From contig MU058289.1 in NCBI GenBank assembly GCA_013265495.1, positions 2,355,451-2,419,450 on the forward strand: DNA of 64,000 nt, in the 5' to 3' direction. The notes below the pieces were generated by a model. The model searched no databases. It was not told the origin of the DNA and saw nothing but the letters and a program-made list of their open reading frames with translations. The position numbers were made by a program, and so were the translations under genes. Within the stretch, counting starts at the first letter, position 1; every line of letters begins with the position of its first letter. This document shows positions 39,351 to 53,892 of this stretch, one piece after another. This DNA is from Vicugna vicugna (taxonomy: Eukaryota).

Positions 39351-40390
39351 TGGGAAGGGAGGGGAGGGAGGGTGAGTACAAGGTGGCCGAGAGAGGGGCT
39401 ACACAAGGCTCCTGAGGGGACTCGAGGACAGGATAGTGCGTGATGGCACAGGGCTAACGCTTGTGTTCTGCGTGAGGTTCCTGCCCCTCCGATCTGCCCC
39501 GCTGGTTTGCCACAGCCCAAGTAGCCCTGCCATGTCCCTGAGAAGAATCTCTCTAAGCTGTCAAGGCCTGTGAGGGGACACTGGTAACCACTCTAAGAGG
39601 CTTCTGGAAACCCACACCTCCCAGGGACCTCTGAGCCCACCCAGTCATCCTGACCAGCACTGGGAAATGGAGAGGAGGCCTGTTTTCCTAGCTTGGGGCC
39701 CCTGTCTGGGAGAGCTGTCAGCCAAGGGGCTGGGCCCAGTAGAGACAGAATGGCTGAGGATGCCATTTAGGGTCAAGAAGGGCCAACCCTCCTTCCTTGA
39801 GACTGATGTGACATCAAAGGTCCCTAAAGGTTCCCTGGCATGGAGGCTTGTTATGGCCTGCCTGCCTGCCTGCCCTGAGCTGAGGCTCAGGACCCCTCTC
39901 CAAACCCCTCTCCCCCTTGATTTTCCCTGTCTAGGAGAGAAGGCAGAGAGAAACTAATATTACATTAGTGGGCACTGTAGACAGAGTAATGCAACTAACT
40001 CACTTTCACTGTGCAGGCTGACTGGATTTTAATTAAAAATTTGGGGAAAAAAACATCTTTTAGGTTTTCTGGCCTCCCTTGTTCTCTCTCTTCTAATTCC
40101 TCTGGTGATTTTTCTAAAGCAGGATTCTTGGGAAATGTATTAAAGGATTTAAAAATCAAATAACAAGAGAAATGACTCATTTATGGTAAAGATCACTAGC
40201 ATACTATAATTTGGTTTCAGAATATACTCAGGCTGCTGACTGCACTTGTAATGGGCATTTATGCTTGGCAAAAATGTTCAGCAGAGGTAGGGGCACTGAC
40301 AGGGAGGGTCTGAGGTTTTCTTTCCATTTGAGGATGCCTTCTACTTCAATGTGTGTTTTGCAATCTACATAAGGAATCCGGCATTGAGAC

Positions 40391-40727
40391 CAGTGCCCTG
40401 AGGAATCTTATTGGAGCCTGTGGCAAAAGGCAAAATGTGAGCTCCTATATACACTTATCAAAATATCCTCCAGTATGTCAAACCAAGTGGGAAAATATGA
40501 CTATATATAAAGCTCCACATTGCCCAATCTGTTCACATCCCATTGTCAACCCTCATAAACCCACGTGGCAAGGAACAGACATCTGAGCTACCCGGGAACC
40601 TCAGGCTGATAAGAAGACACAACTTCTCCCATTGTCCAGTAGTGCAAGGCCATGAAACAAACAACCTGATTTGATTTCAACTTTTGATAATTTGTTCAGC
40701 ATGGATTTTTTTCCCACTTATTTAGTT

Positions 40728-40770
<43 letters not shown>

Positions 40771-40870
40771 TTATCTTGATTACTGAGTTTGGGGGCACAA
40801 ACTTTGTCCATATTGAGACTTTGGCTGATACCCCCTTTTGGTTTAGTCTCACAGTGGTCTAGTGCCCTCC
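40391..40870 (-). mobile_element. MER96B-like hAT relic interrupted by a T39 run (40729-40767)
   Basis: ATTGGAGCCTGTGGCAAAAGG at the left and TTGTTCAGCATGGATTTTTT...TTATCTTGATTACTGAGTTT at the right. Confidence 0.45.
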
Positions 40871-42879
40871 AGAGGCTGCAACCCCCGGGAGTAGGGGGGG
40901 TGCTCATTAGTGGTTCCCAGCATAGCCCTGGCCCAGTCCTCTCCCCCAACCCGTCTCACCACTTCTAGAGCAGATCCTGGCAGCCTGGTCTGTGCTTCAG
41001 GACCCCCTGGCTGCAGTCACCAGATACTCCCCACCCCTGCAATTTAACAAACATCCCACCTTGTCTTGGTTGTATTCAGGAGGTTTCTGTCCCTCACAAT
41101 GCAAAATCTCCCAACTAGTGTAGAATTTAGTACTGGAAAGAGGGTGATGTAAGTAACAGACCCTGAGAATGTGCAGACTGGCTGGGGCAGATAAGGGAGT
41201 AGCGGGGTGGAGGGACTTAGGCAGGGAATAAAGTCCTCCTGGCAGGAAGCTGGCTTTCCAAGTTAAGAGGAGGCAAAGCTGCTGTCACTTATACATGTCT
41301 CGTGAGATTCAGACGTGGGACACTACGGCCTTCAGCCACCTGCTCCCAGAGTGAGGAGAAGAGGACACGCAGAGATGAGAGGGAGGGAGAGAGGAGCTGT
41401 CCCACATAAATACCCATCTGGAACAATCAGGTCACCGCCAAGGCCCACTCACCAAGATGCAGGCACACACTCAAGCCCACTTTTATCCAATCGGTTGCTG
41501 GACACTACAGACAGGACACCAAGTTGGAGGGTAATTATCTTTCTTGATCTCAAATAGTTAGAATTCCTTTGTGGATCAAAGGCCAAATGTGGCGTTGGCA
41601 TATAAAACTGAAAAAGGCCTTTTGACCACCTGGTCCAAGTTTTCTGCAGGTACCTTCTCTGCAGGGGCAAATCCTTCATTGTCCTGATATCTCCCACTCT
41701 GTAGTCTGCACCTTCCCGGTGTGACCAGCTCAGTTCATGGCCACATCATTTACTAAGCCAGTCATTTATACTCCAATCCCCCCATGCCAATCCATCACTA
41801 AGTCCTGATAGCTAGTACCTACAATGTGTCTCAAATGTGCTCACTTCTCCTCATTACCATGGCCACCTCCCTGGACCCAGCCACCATCTCTTCTCTCTTG
41901 GACCTTCACAGAAGACTCCTACGTGGTCCCCTGCTTCTCAGCCAACAGCTCACATTTTTTAACATGCAAAGTGAACCATGCCCCCAGCAGAAAATGTTCC
42001 AGAACAGACTTTAAAGTTGTTAACCTGAGCTTTGTAGTCCTGTGGGACTAGCCCTGCCTACCATCCTCTCCAAGCCCCCACCCTCCATCCAACTCACTCT
42101 GGCCTCTTCCTCCACTCTCCCCAGAGCTAATTCCTATGCTTTGTTCTTGGCCAGGAGAACAGCCAAGAAGCAGAGCTGGAGGGCATTTGGAGAGATGTCT
42201 TCAGCCCTGTGAGCAGCTCCTCCATTATGTGGAAGTACTGAAGGATTCCCAGGTGTCTGGGGCCCCCTTGGAGAGAAGTTCTCAAAGTACCCAAGGCCAG
42301 CCACTTACTCAAGCCAGTGGTGCAAGGATAGTTCTATCTGCATCTAAGAAAAAATCTTTCCTTGGGCAGAAACCACCCTTGGATGCTTTATAGGACCCCT
42401 CTGGGACCCAGCAGAGGTGCCTCATAGATCAGTGCCTTCTATATGGCTATTTGCTCCCATATACATTAAAATCCATGTTTCTCCAAATATATGCATGTAT
42501 ATGCATGACTGGGATGTTATGCTGTACACCAGAAATTGACACATTGTGACTGATGGTAGTTCACTCAATCAATCAATCAATAAAAATAAAGATCTTACAA
42601 TGTACAAATTCTGACTCAGAATTCCTACTTTTTTAGAAATTAATTCAGAGAACATAAATCAGTTGTGTAATAAAAAAAATCCATGTTTCTCAAATGAAAT
42701 TTTAAAATCTCAGCCATTTAGGTAGAAACTAACATGAAAACCTGCAACCATGGGATTTCTGAACAGCAGCTAATGTTGTACAACTCTAAAATAAGATGGT
42801 GGAAGGACAGGACAGGAGGAAAGAAGAGAAAAAATAGCTTTAGAGAAAGAGAGTTAAGGTTTATTTGCATTAAAAATAC

Positions 42880-43670
42880 TAAAAATATCAAAACCACCAT
42901 GAGGTACCACTTTACATCCATTAGGATGGCTATAATAGAAAGAAGAAAAGAAAGAGAAAGAAAACAACAAGTGTTGGTGAGAATGTGGAGAAATTGGAAC
43001 CCTTGTGCATTGCTGATGGGAATGCAAAATGGTGCAGCTGCTGTGGGAAATAGCTTGGCAGTTTCTCAAAAAGTTAAATATAGAACTACCACATGACCCA
43101 GCCATTCCACCTCTGGTTATATACCCAAAAGAACTGAGAGCAGAAACTCCAGGAGATGCTTGTACACTCATGTTCATGGCAGCATTATTCATAATAATCA
43201 ACAGGGAGAAACAATATAAATGTCCATCAATAAATGAATAGGTAAACAAAATGTAATCTCTATATAGAGATATAGAGATATTTAATGGAATGTTACTCAG
43301 CCTTAAAAAGGAAGGACATTCTGACACATGCTTCAACCTCCAGAATGTTATGCTGAGTGAAATAAGCCAGTCACAAAAGGACAAATACTGTGTGATTCCA
43401 CTTATATGAGAGACCTAGAGTCATTGGATTCATACAGACAGAAAGTAGAAAGGTGGTTGCCAAGGGCTAGGGGAAGGGACCAATAGGGAGTCATGGATTA
43501 ACAGGTACTGAGTTTCAGGTTGGGAAAAATGAAAGAGTTCTGGAAATGGATGGTGGTTGATGGTTGCACAATGATGAGAATGGACTTCATGCCACTGAAC
43601 TACACACTTAAACATGCTTAAAATGGTAAATTTTGTGTCATATGTAGTTTGCCACAATTAAAAAAAAATA
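42880..43670 (+). mobile_element. L1 (L1M-type) ORF2 end and 3' UTR with A-tail
   Basis: GAGGTACCACTTTACATCCATTAGGATGGCT...CCCAGCCATTCCACCTCTGGTTATATACCCAAAAGAA...ATGGTAAATTTTGTG..AAAAAAAA. Confidence 0.85.
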
Positions 43671-44779
43671 TCTAAACATAAACTGGCAAAATTCAGAATT
43701 GTGACCATATTGCCACCTGAGCTCTGTGGGGTGAAGCGGCCAGTCTGAGTGGCAGCTTGGATTTAGTGCTGCTTTCTAGTATCTCTGCCATCCCAGAACG
43801 TTGGTCTGCCTGCCAGGGGTGGTGGGGGAAGAACAAAGCTGGGAGCCGAGCACGGGCACTGCCCGGTGTGATCCCAGTGACCCGGCCCTGCCGCATCCGC
43901 AGGCACATCCCGTGATGGACTCGGTGTGGCCAAGCCCATCCAGTCACAGACACTCTCCAAGCCATTGCTGGTTCTTACAACTCTAATAGACCAGCAGCAG
44001 TAAAACCATTTCACCTTCAGTATTGAGCAGTAACTTTCAAATTACAAGTCTGGAACGGTGATAGTAAGTACGTTGTAAAAGCACCATTCCAAAAAGAGAG
44101 AGGAAAAAAAAAGGCTTTTACTGTAATAAAAATGTTAGTGCCAGGTCACCCTCTTGGTTTACATAACCCTCTCCACAGTAATTTGGAGTGATGACTGTGG
44201 TCCAATTTTCAATCAAAAAGCTCCCTCAGCCTTGCTGAACCACTCAAAACTGCCCTGAAATAATAATCATTTGGATATTGATTTGGGGGAGAATCAATCC
44301 AATTCAGTCCACCTCACTGAATTATTAATGGAGAAAGTACATCAGAACCCTGCGGTGGGTTTACAGATACTGTGTGTTCTTTAACTCTGTTGCTGCCACC
44401 GGGATAAAGGTGGCAGGTTGGGAGAGCCTGAGTCCAGGGGCACATGTGCAGACCTGGAAAACCCAAGGCAGGAGGATGAATTATGAAAGCCATAGGGACA
44501 AGCCCTCACATCCAAAGTGCCTCCTTCACGGTCAAGTGATCAGAGAGGTGAGGCCAAGCTCACTCCCGGCACACGCGGGAGAGGAAAGCAGCCAGCTGAG
44601 GGGCTCCAGGTGGCTCCGAGGAAGGTTGCATGCCCCTGTTAGAGCTCCTAGGACCCCTGGGGGGACACAGGGGGAGACTAGCGCCATGCTACCCATTCAC
44701 CAGGGCTCGAAGGGCCCTACCTTTACCATGGTGGACAGCGAGCCTTTATTGTGGACTTAATGGTTGTATTTTTAAATAT

Positions 44780-45005
44780 ATATTTTTGTTGAAGTATAGT
44801 CAATTTACAATGTTGTGTCAATTTCTGGTGTATAGCACAATACTTCAGTCTTACTTGAACATACATATATTCGTTTTCATATTCTCTTTCGCCATAAGTT
44901 ACTACAAGATATTGAATATAGTTCCCTGTGCTATACAGTATAAGCTTGTTGTTTATCTATTTTACATGTATTAGTTAGTATTTGCAAATCTCAAACTCCC
45001 AATTT
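44780..45005 (-). mobile_element. Short 3' end of a younger lineage-specific L1
   Basis: TTGAAGTATAGTCAATTTACAATGTTGTGTCAATTTCTGGTGTATAGCAC; closely similar to the copy at 46545. Confidence 0.75.
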
Positions 45006-46544
45006 AATGGCTGTATTCAACTCATTCTTATTTATGTCTGCTTCAAAAAGAAATGTTATATCATCACCTTGAATGGAAATCCAGACCTCTAGTCATAACT
45101 GGGTAAAACATAAGTACGACCCAGTGCACATTTTGTTGCCTGCATCCCTGCCTTTTCTGTCTCTGTCTCTCTGTTAATCTCCACCAGGGAGAGTTAGGAA
45201 GCAGTCTAGGGTGTTCAAGGCACCATAGCTTCCAAGTGGAGACTTTCTCCTCAACTGAATGAGAAATGCTGAAGGAGAACTGGGGTGAGAGTAGCATCCT
45301 GGTATCCATCAGTAGTATTTGCAGCAAGATGAGACAGCCCTGATGCAGACCACCCCTGTTTCTCTAGGAGTCACCCCATGCAGCCCACAGGCAGGAAGGC
45401 CGGCATGATTAAGCACAGAGGCTTTGGAGTCAACTTGCAGAAGATTCAGCCTGGCTCCCCTCCACTCCCCATGTGAGCAGGTTTAATTTTTATGCACCTT
45501 GGTTTCCTCATCTGTAAATTGGACCACGACCTACTTCACTAAGACATGGTAAGAACTAAAAGCATTGATACCTGTAAGGCACTTATTGCAGACTCAGTAC
45601 AGAGTAAACACTCGGTGAATACTAGCCATTATCCAATTGCTCCCTTTCAGGAAAAACTCCTATTCAGTCTTCAGAACCCAGGCCAGCTATCCTCTCTCTG
45701 CTCTCCAAGAGGAAGATAAAACTTTCTCCCACCTCACTGCTTCTTCTGTACCTTGAAAGGGTACAGCAAAGGGTCCAAAGGGATCCAGCCAGGTCTTCAA
45801 GATGGGTACCTGGAGGTACGGTTTCCGAGCCAAAGGGAGCAGGGTAAACGCTGAAGCATGTTGCCAGATTGTACCTGGAAGTTGGGATGTAAAAAGTGCT
45901 CATTTGCTTAGCAACTTGGGATTATCACCAGCCTTTATATAATATTTTCTTATGTGGCTGAGGAAAAACAACTCGCCACTTCAATTTGCATTTATTCGAC
46001 TGAACATCTACTCAGATGTTTCTTTTGGCCATTTGCCTTTCTTCTTTTGTGAATTGCCTATTCCTACCTTTCGTGATTTCTTTCAAGGGGGGAAAAGAGT
46101 ATTCAGAGATAGAGAGGTATGTAGACTACCTTTAGGAAGAAGACCAAGTAAAATTGTGCCTCCGTAAGTCTCTCAGAAGGGCACATTTGTCAACACAATG
46201 AACGTGCTTCAAAATTCCTTCTTTAGCAGGTTTCCAGGATATTTTATTCTTTCAATATGTGAAACATTAGCACCACAGCAGCCGAAGTAATCAGTGCCAA
46301 GAAGTTATAGGTCTCCTTCCAGCTCCTAAATCTCAGATGACAAAGAAAAATAGCAAGTTTTCTGGCATTGAAAATACACGTTTACACTCTCTCAGGTGGC
46401 TGAGGCCAAGTACAACTTAACGTCACCCCTGGCACCCCGTGACTGGAGGTCACCGAGATCCATGGGGTTGGCTTTTGTCCACTTGAATCCCCATACTGTC
46501 CGCAAAGGAAATTGTGCAAAAAATAAGGGAGTAATGTGGTTTTT

Positions 46545-47260
46545 TTAAAATTTTTTTATTGAAGTACAGTCAGTTTACAATGTTGTGTCAATTTCTGGTG
46601 TACAGCACAATGCTTCAGTCACACAGGAACACACATACATCCATTCTCATATTCTTCTTCACCATAAGTTACTATAAGATATTGAATATAGTTCTCTGTG
46701 CTATACAGTATAAGATTGTTGTTTATCTATTTCACATATATTAGTTAGTATCTGCAAATCTCAAACTCCCAATTTATCCCTTTCCATTCCCTTCCCCTGT
46801 TGGTAACCATTTCTATGTCTGTGAATCTGTTTCTGTTTTGTAAATAAGTTCGCTTGTCTTTTTTTTCTTTTTTTAGATTCCACATATAAGTGATATCATA
46901 TGGTATTTTTCTTTCTCTGTCTGGCTTACTTCACTTAGAATGACAATCTCCAGGTCCATCCATGTTGCTGCAAATGGCATTATTTTATTCTTTTTTATGG
47001 CTGAGTAATATTTCATTGTATAAATATACCACTGCTTCTTTATCCAGTCATCTGTCAATGGACATTTAGGTTGTTTCTATGTCTTGGCTATTGTAAATAG
47101 TGCTGCAATGAACACTGAGGTACATATGTCTTTTTGAATTAAGGTTCCCTCTGGATATATGCCCAAGAGTGGGAGTGCTGGATCATATGGTAAGTCTATT
47201 TTTAGTTTTTTGAGAAATCTCCATACTCCATAACAGCTGCACCAAGCTACATTCCCACTA
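46545..47260 (-). mobile_element. Younger lineage-specific L1, 3' portion
   Basis: ORF 46873-47058 (DDWIKKQWYIYTMKYYSAIKKNKIMPFAATWMDLEIVILSEVSQTEKEKYHMISLICG) is the L1 ORF2 C-terminus. Confidence 0.9.
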
Positions 47261-49200
47261 ATCCAGCAACTTATTAAAAGGATAATACATCACAACTAAA
47301 ACGGAATGCAAGATTGATTCAACACTGAAATATCAATGTATGTAATTTGTCAAAAATCCATAGATCTCTGTACACCACAAAGAGTAAATTTTATTGTATA
47401 CAGATTTTTAGAAATCACCCAGAATGTCAGCCAAATCCAAGCTAAAATGAGCACTGTGACATGTGAATCTGCTTACAAATGGACAGTTAACCACACTGAA
47501 ACTGATGAGGAAGAAAGGAGCTAAGACAGTGTATTAACTAGATACTACAAGGCTAAAGGAAAAAAGAACTATATGTAAACTATGCTCTAGTTGGCAGATT
47601 TGTTTCTTAAACAGATACAGGCTGAGTTCTGAAACCATTTTACATGTATAGTAGAGTTGAAAAAATAAGTAAATATATTGGAGATAGAGACAGATTTTTC
47701 ATTGACTGAGAAAGACGTTACAAAAAAAGCCAAAAAAAGGGGGGATGGAAGGAATGCTAGAATGAACACTGTAGTATTGGATTGGAGTCAGAAATATCAG
47801 TATGAACTTGTGTTAAAGTATGTGCACTGGCAGAAAATAGATATGTGTATATGCATCTTTAGATTTTCCTTAGCTCTGTCTGCTGAGAGGGCCCAGAAGC
47901 AGTGACACCTCAGTAGCAATGAGCACACCCAGTGCCCAGACTTTGGTTTCTAAATACTATTCTCTAATATAGGGAACTAAGGGTCCTTGGAGAAGAGGCT
48001 GATTCCAGGGATGGAATAGAAAGTACACAGATGAGCTTGCAAAGCCAGAAAATAATAAAGAATACTGCATGGTATCCTCCCCCAAATCCATCGTCTCAGT
48101 CCAATTATGAGAAAACATCAGACAAATCTGAATTGAGGGACATTCCACAAAATACCTGGCCAGTACTCTTCAAAAGCATCAAAGTTATGAAGACTGAGGA
48201 ACTGTGACTTACTGGAAGAGACTAAGGAGATGGCAGATTACACACTGTGTGGGATCCCTGGTTGGATCCTGGAACCAAAAACGGACCTTAGTGCAAAACT
48301 AGGGAGATCTGAATATAGTCTGCAGTTTAGTTAATGGTGTTGCACCAACATGAATTCCTTTGTTTTGATAAACACACCATAATTATATAATATGTTACTA
48401 GTGGGGATATGACTGCAGAGTACATGGGAACTCTTTGTACTATTTTTGCAACTCTTCTGTAAATCTAAAATTCTTTCAAAATAAAAAAAATTTTTTTAAC
48501 TACAAAGGGAAACCACTACATACTTATTGGAAAGGTTAAAATAAAAACATTGATGGCACCAAGTGCTGGTGACATGGCAGAGTTTGAACTTGAATTCTCA
48601 TACATTGCTGATAGGAATGCAAAATGGTATAGGCATTATGGAAAAGAGTGCAGTTTCCTATAAAGGTAAGCATGCTGTTCCCTATGACCCCAGTCCTACC
48701 TGCAGGTGTTTACCCTAAAGAAGTGAAACGTTACCTTCACACGAAGCTGTACTTGAATATTTATAGCAACTTTATTCATAATGGCCCCAAACTGGAAATA
48801 ACCCAAATCTCCTTCAACAAGATAAACAAAATGTAGTATGTGCAGACAATGGAATGTCACTTAGCCGAAAACCAGGAACAAACTATTGATACACACAACA
48901 ATGTGGACAAAGGAAACCAGACTGAAAAGGCTACATACTGTATGATTCCATTTATATGACACTCTCTAACAGGCAAAACTCTAGGGTTTGAGAGCAGATC
49001 AGTGGTTTCCAGACGCTGGGATCTGTGGAGGGGTTAACAACTGCGGGGTTAACTACAAGGGATATTTGGGGGGGGTGAAACTTCTTGATCATGATTATGG
49101 TGGGAGTTACCTGACTTTATGCATTGGTTAAAAATTCAAAACCATACACCAAAAATATGCAAATTATTATTTAATTATATGTAAATTATGGTTAATTTTT
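47260..49200 (+). mobile_element. Old L1M 3' UTR fragments
   Basis: TTGGTTTCTAAATACTATTCTC..GGAACTAAGGGTCCTTGGAGAAGAGGCTGATTCCAGG and CATACTGTATGATTCCATTTATATGAC motifs. Confidence 0.7.
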
Positions 49201-51789
49201 AAAATTTCACTTAGTCCAGTATATATAAAGTCAAAGTCCTCATTCAAGTCTCCTCATCTTTGCAGAGGTAACCACTGAAATGAATTTCATATGTATCCTT
49301 CAGACCCTAAAAAAATTTTTTTACATATGTCTATGTGTATGTGCCCTGGTAAATGTAACATTTGTGTTTGGGTTCATTTTTTAAGCATAATAAACACTGT
49401 CACATTGCATGTATCTTCTTTCCTCTGATTTTCTTCTTCCCACTGAGCAATTAAGGGGATTTTCGAGGGTCCCTTCAGAAGGCATCCTGAGTCATTCAGG
49501 AGCAGTACTGATGTGTCTCCAAGACCACAAGGGGACACAGTGGGATTCGCCCACCCAGCCCTCCCTCCTTTCCTCCTTGTGACAGCATCTCTAGTTGTCT
49601 CTGGGTCCTCACGGCCCTTGTGCCCAGACCAGGGGGCGAGTCGAGTGATCACCCCCAGTCTCAGGGACCAGCCTGTATGTGACCCAGACCTGCACCAATC
49701 ATTATACATTTTATATCCCCACCCCTGGTCTCCGACATCACACCCAGGGAAAAGCCTGAGGTTCAACTCTGGCTCAAGAGGCTCACTCAAGAGTTCGGGG
49801 CTCTGGAAACTCTACTCTGAGCTGGTGGGGCAACGGGATGTCCGTCTGAAGCTGCAGGCACCTAAAATCCCCGCCCACCTGGAATGGAGGCAACCTCAAC
49901 AGAAGCAGAGTCAAGGGATGGAGAAAGAGCAGGTCCTGAGGCATTAGGGAGAGCCTGGGCCACCCCACCAGAAGCCAGCACCACCCTAGGACTTCCTAAG
50001 GGCAGGAGCCAACAGAGGTTTCTTTTTCTTTAGTGGAAGGAGTCATCCAGGGACCCTCTGCTGAGCCCAGGACCAGGTGTTTGCTGCAGGTCACCGGCTC
50101 CCACCTGAGAGGTCACCTCCCTTCCCATCAGGGATTTGGTCCTGTGAGCGGCCGCACAGGCTGCCCTGGTGCCCTCTGTGTGCCTGGACACCCTTTCCTT
50201 CTGTTGGACCTGCCTCCAAAAGTCACTGATGAAAATGCCAGGAGACAAAACCCAGCCAGCAGTGCATCCTTAGTTCACACCCACTTTACCTGTTGGAATC
50301 CTTTGGCCCCTTTGTCAAACACTGCTACCTGCATTTGCGTGTTCTGTGCCTTCATGCTGCATGTTCAGCGTTTTGGTGGTGGATGTAGTTTTAAAGACTT
50401 ACGCTATTATCTTTAAATTGTTACAAAAATTATAAATTATAAGATGCAACAATAAACGTGGTTGGTTGTGAATATAAAATCCAGCATTCTCTCAAAATTA
50501 CTGAGAGAAATTGGGCATGTTTACATAGCTACTAGATCACTACCACTAATTACAAACTTATTCATTTTAGAAAAAGAATATGAAAAGGAATATATGTATG
50601 TACATGTATGACTGAAACATGATGCTGTATACCAGAAATTGACACAACACTGTAAACAACCATACTTCAATTAAAAAACAATTTGTTCATTTTAGAATGT
50701 AAGGAAAAACAACTATAATAATCATAATCGCAGGTCTCTTCATTTGTTTACCTCCAATCTCATTGTGAAATGCTGTGATCTAGAATAAATTCTTAGCTCC
50801 ATCATATTTTATAAACCTAGAAAACATGGCCTAGAAATATTTGTTAGATGAAATGGATTTATGTAATTATAGATCTGTACTGTAAGTTATGGTGATTCAA
50901 ACAAAAATTCAAACTGTTGTGCATTCAAAAGAGCTTTGGGATTCACTGAAAGAGGGAAATCAGAGGTGCAGGTCCCATCCTGAAACTGTTCAGCCGGGCC
51001 TTCTCCAGGGCTTGATTCTCACAGGTGTGGATTTACTGAGAGTCACTGGCTTGGCAGCCAATCCAAGGGTCCTCCCCCACCCACAAGGCCACCCTTAGCT
51101 GTGTGCCCTTGGGGTGGACCCCCAGAAGCTCTGCTGAGGCATTCAGCAGCAGAGGGCTTCATCCGGCCTCCAGCACTCTCCTTAAAGCAAGGTTCCCAAG
51201 CTCCCTGATGCAACTCAGTCCCAGATACACACAGGCACTCCAGGTCATTTGCCCCACACAGCAGACAAGCACAGCTAGTGGCTGCCTTAGTACCATTTTA
51301 TTGTTTAAAATAACGGATTGCAACAGCCTTCTAAGAAGCCACTCTCAGTTCAGAGGGAGGTGACAGAGCATCTTAGGGGGTGCAGACCAGTAAGGAACCA
51401 AAACACGAGAGCTGGAAATCAGTCCACACTAATTCCTCACTCCCCATCTTAATGACCCACAGCTTGAATTAAGTGACCCTCCCCAACCTTTGAACCTCAT
51501 GTTTACAGCCCCCAGAGCACACAGTGAATTATCTGATACCTACTAGACACTCCATGTTTTCTAAGTTAACTTTTGATGAGTTTTTGTATCAAAGTATGAT
51601 CTAGTTAATTATAAGAAATATAATGTGGTATGAACTGTGTTTCCATATTAGTTATCTATTAAAGTAAATAATAAAATCTTATAAATATCATTTGTACAAA
51701 TACATTCAACAGTACAGTTTGATTTATAAAAATAACCACATGAATGAACAGAGATGGGGTGAGGGAAATTGATGACTGATTTTGTCAAA

Positions 51790-52045
51790 GAGGAAAGGGC
51801 AGGGGAGGGATAAATTAGGAGTTTGGGATTAACAGTTATGCATTATTATATATAAAACAGATAAACAACAAGGACCTACTGCTTACCACAAGGAACTATA
51901 TTTAACTTCTTGTAATAACATAGAAAAGAATCTGAAAAGAAAAAATATATACGTATGTATATGTATAACTGAATTGCTTTGCTGTATACCTGAAACTAAC
52001 ATTGTAAATCACCTATACTTCAATAAAAAAATAAAATTAAAAAAA
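51790..52045 (+). mobile_element. L1 3' tip with A-rich tail (similar tips near 42490-42590 and 50570-50680)
   Basis: GGGGAGGGATAAATTAGGAGTTTGGGATTAAC...ATAAACAACAAGGACCTACT...CCTGAAACTAAC. Confidence 0.75.
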
Positions 52046-52189
52046 TATATACCTTCTTTTGATTCATGTAACAGCCACAGCCAACCCAAGAACACTGCAG
52101 AGAGGTAAATGAGAATACAAGGAATTTAGGGGCACCTACCTGGGAAGACTTTTAAGATGAATATGTTGATCATTTATGTTAAAAATACA

Positions 52190-53870
52190 TGTACATGAGA
52201 TTTATCCCAGAAAGCAAAGTTGGTTTAACCTGTGAAAATGAATTAACATATCACATCATATCAAGAGAATACAAAATAAAAACCACATAATTATCTCAAA
52301 GGATGCAGAAAAAGCATTTGGCAAAACCCAACACCTTTTCATGATAAACACACTCAACAAACTAGAACTAGAAGAGAACTTCTTCAACTTTGTAAAAGAG
52401 GTCTGTGAAAAATCCACAGGCAACACCATACTTAATGGTGAAAGACTGGAAGCTTTGCCCCTAAGATCAGGAAAAAGACAAAGATGTGTGCCCTCATCGC
52501 TTCTATTCAAATTGTACTAGAGGTTCTAGCCAAAGCCATTAGGCACAAAAATGAAATAAAAGATATCCAGAATGGAAAAAAAGAAGTAAAACTATCTGCA
52601 GAATACATAATTTGTACACAGATAATCCTAAGGAACTCACTAAAAAATATTAGAACTAATAAGTGAGTTCAGCAAGGTTTCAGGATATAAGATTAAGAAA
52701 CAAAATTACTTGCAATGAACAACCGGAAAATTCAATCAAGAAAGCAATTCCATTTACAATAACATCAAAAAGAAGAAAATACTTACAAATAAATTTAACC
52801 AAAAAAGTGCAGAATTTATACCCTGAAGACTTTTTAAGAAAAAGTTTGAAAGAAATTAAAGAAGACTTGAGTAAGAAAAGGCCATGACATATTCATGGAT
52901 TGGGAGACTTACTATTGTCAAGGTGTCAGGACTTACCAAAATGATTTAAAGATTTAAGGTAATCCCTATCAAAATCCCAGCTGGCTTCTTTGCAGAAACT
53001 GACAAACATTCTAAAATACATATGGAAATTCAAAGGACACAGAATAACCAAAACAATGTTGAAGAAGAGTTAAACTGGAAGACTCAAGCTTCCCAGTTTC
53101 AAAACTTACTACAAAGCTGCAGTTACCAAGACAGTGTGGTACTAACGTAATGACAGACATACAGATCAATGGAATAGGACTGAGAATCCAGAAATAAGCC
53201 CTCATCTTTACGGTCAATTGATTTTCAACAAATGGGACTGAGACAATTGGATAAACCACATGCAAAACAATGAAGCTGGACCCTTACTTCACATCATATA
53301 CAAAATTAACTCAAAATGAATCAGAGACACAAAAGGAAAAGCAAGACCTTTAATACCCTTAGGGGAAAAATAACTCAATTATGAAACTTCATGACCTTGG
53401 ATTTAGCAATGGAATCTTAGATGGAATTTTGGAATTTTGTTGCATAATCAATAATAGGAAAAAATAGATAAATTTGACTTGATCAAAATTACAAGTTTTA
53501 GAACTTCAAATGACAGTATGAAGAAAGTGAAGAGAAAACTCACAGAATGGGATGGAATCCTTGTAAATCATATATCTGATAAGAGACTTGCACCTAAAGT
53601 ATATAAAGAATAATTACAGTGCAATAGTAAAAAGACAAATAACCCATTTTTTTAAATGGGCCAAGGCTGTGAATAGACATTTCTCCAAAGAAAATATACA
53701 AATGGCCAATAAGTACATGAAAAGATGCTCAGCATCATTAGTCATTAGGAAAATGCAATCAAAACCGTAGTGAGATACCACTTCATACCTACTAGGATGG
53801 CTATAAAAAGACAGATAATAACAAGTGTTGTCAAGGTTGGGGAGAAATTAGAACCCTCATAATTAAAGGA
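52190..53870 (+). mobile_element. Degenerate L1 ORF2 (reverse transcriptase region onward)
   Basis: GATGCAGAAAAAGCATTTG (DAEKAF motif), ATTGTACTAGAGGTTCTAGC (IVLEVLA) and AATAGACATTTCTCCAAAGAA; multiple stops and frameshifts. Confidence 0.9.
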
Positions 53871-53892
53871 TATGGGTTTTTTCTTGGAAGCG

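Noticed and set aside
38239..39520. Multiple long ORFs around LRP3 exon 1
   Set aside because: CpG-island artefacts, several of which read through the N gap.
42136..42393. 85-aa ATG-initiated ORF on +
   Set aside because: Isolated, with no recognisable similarity and no supporting neighbouring exons.
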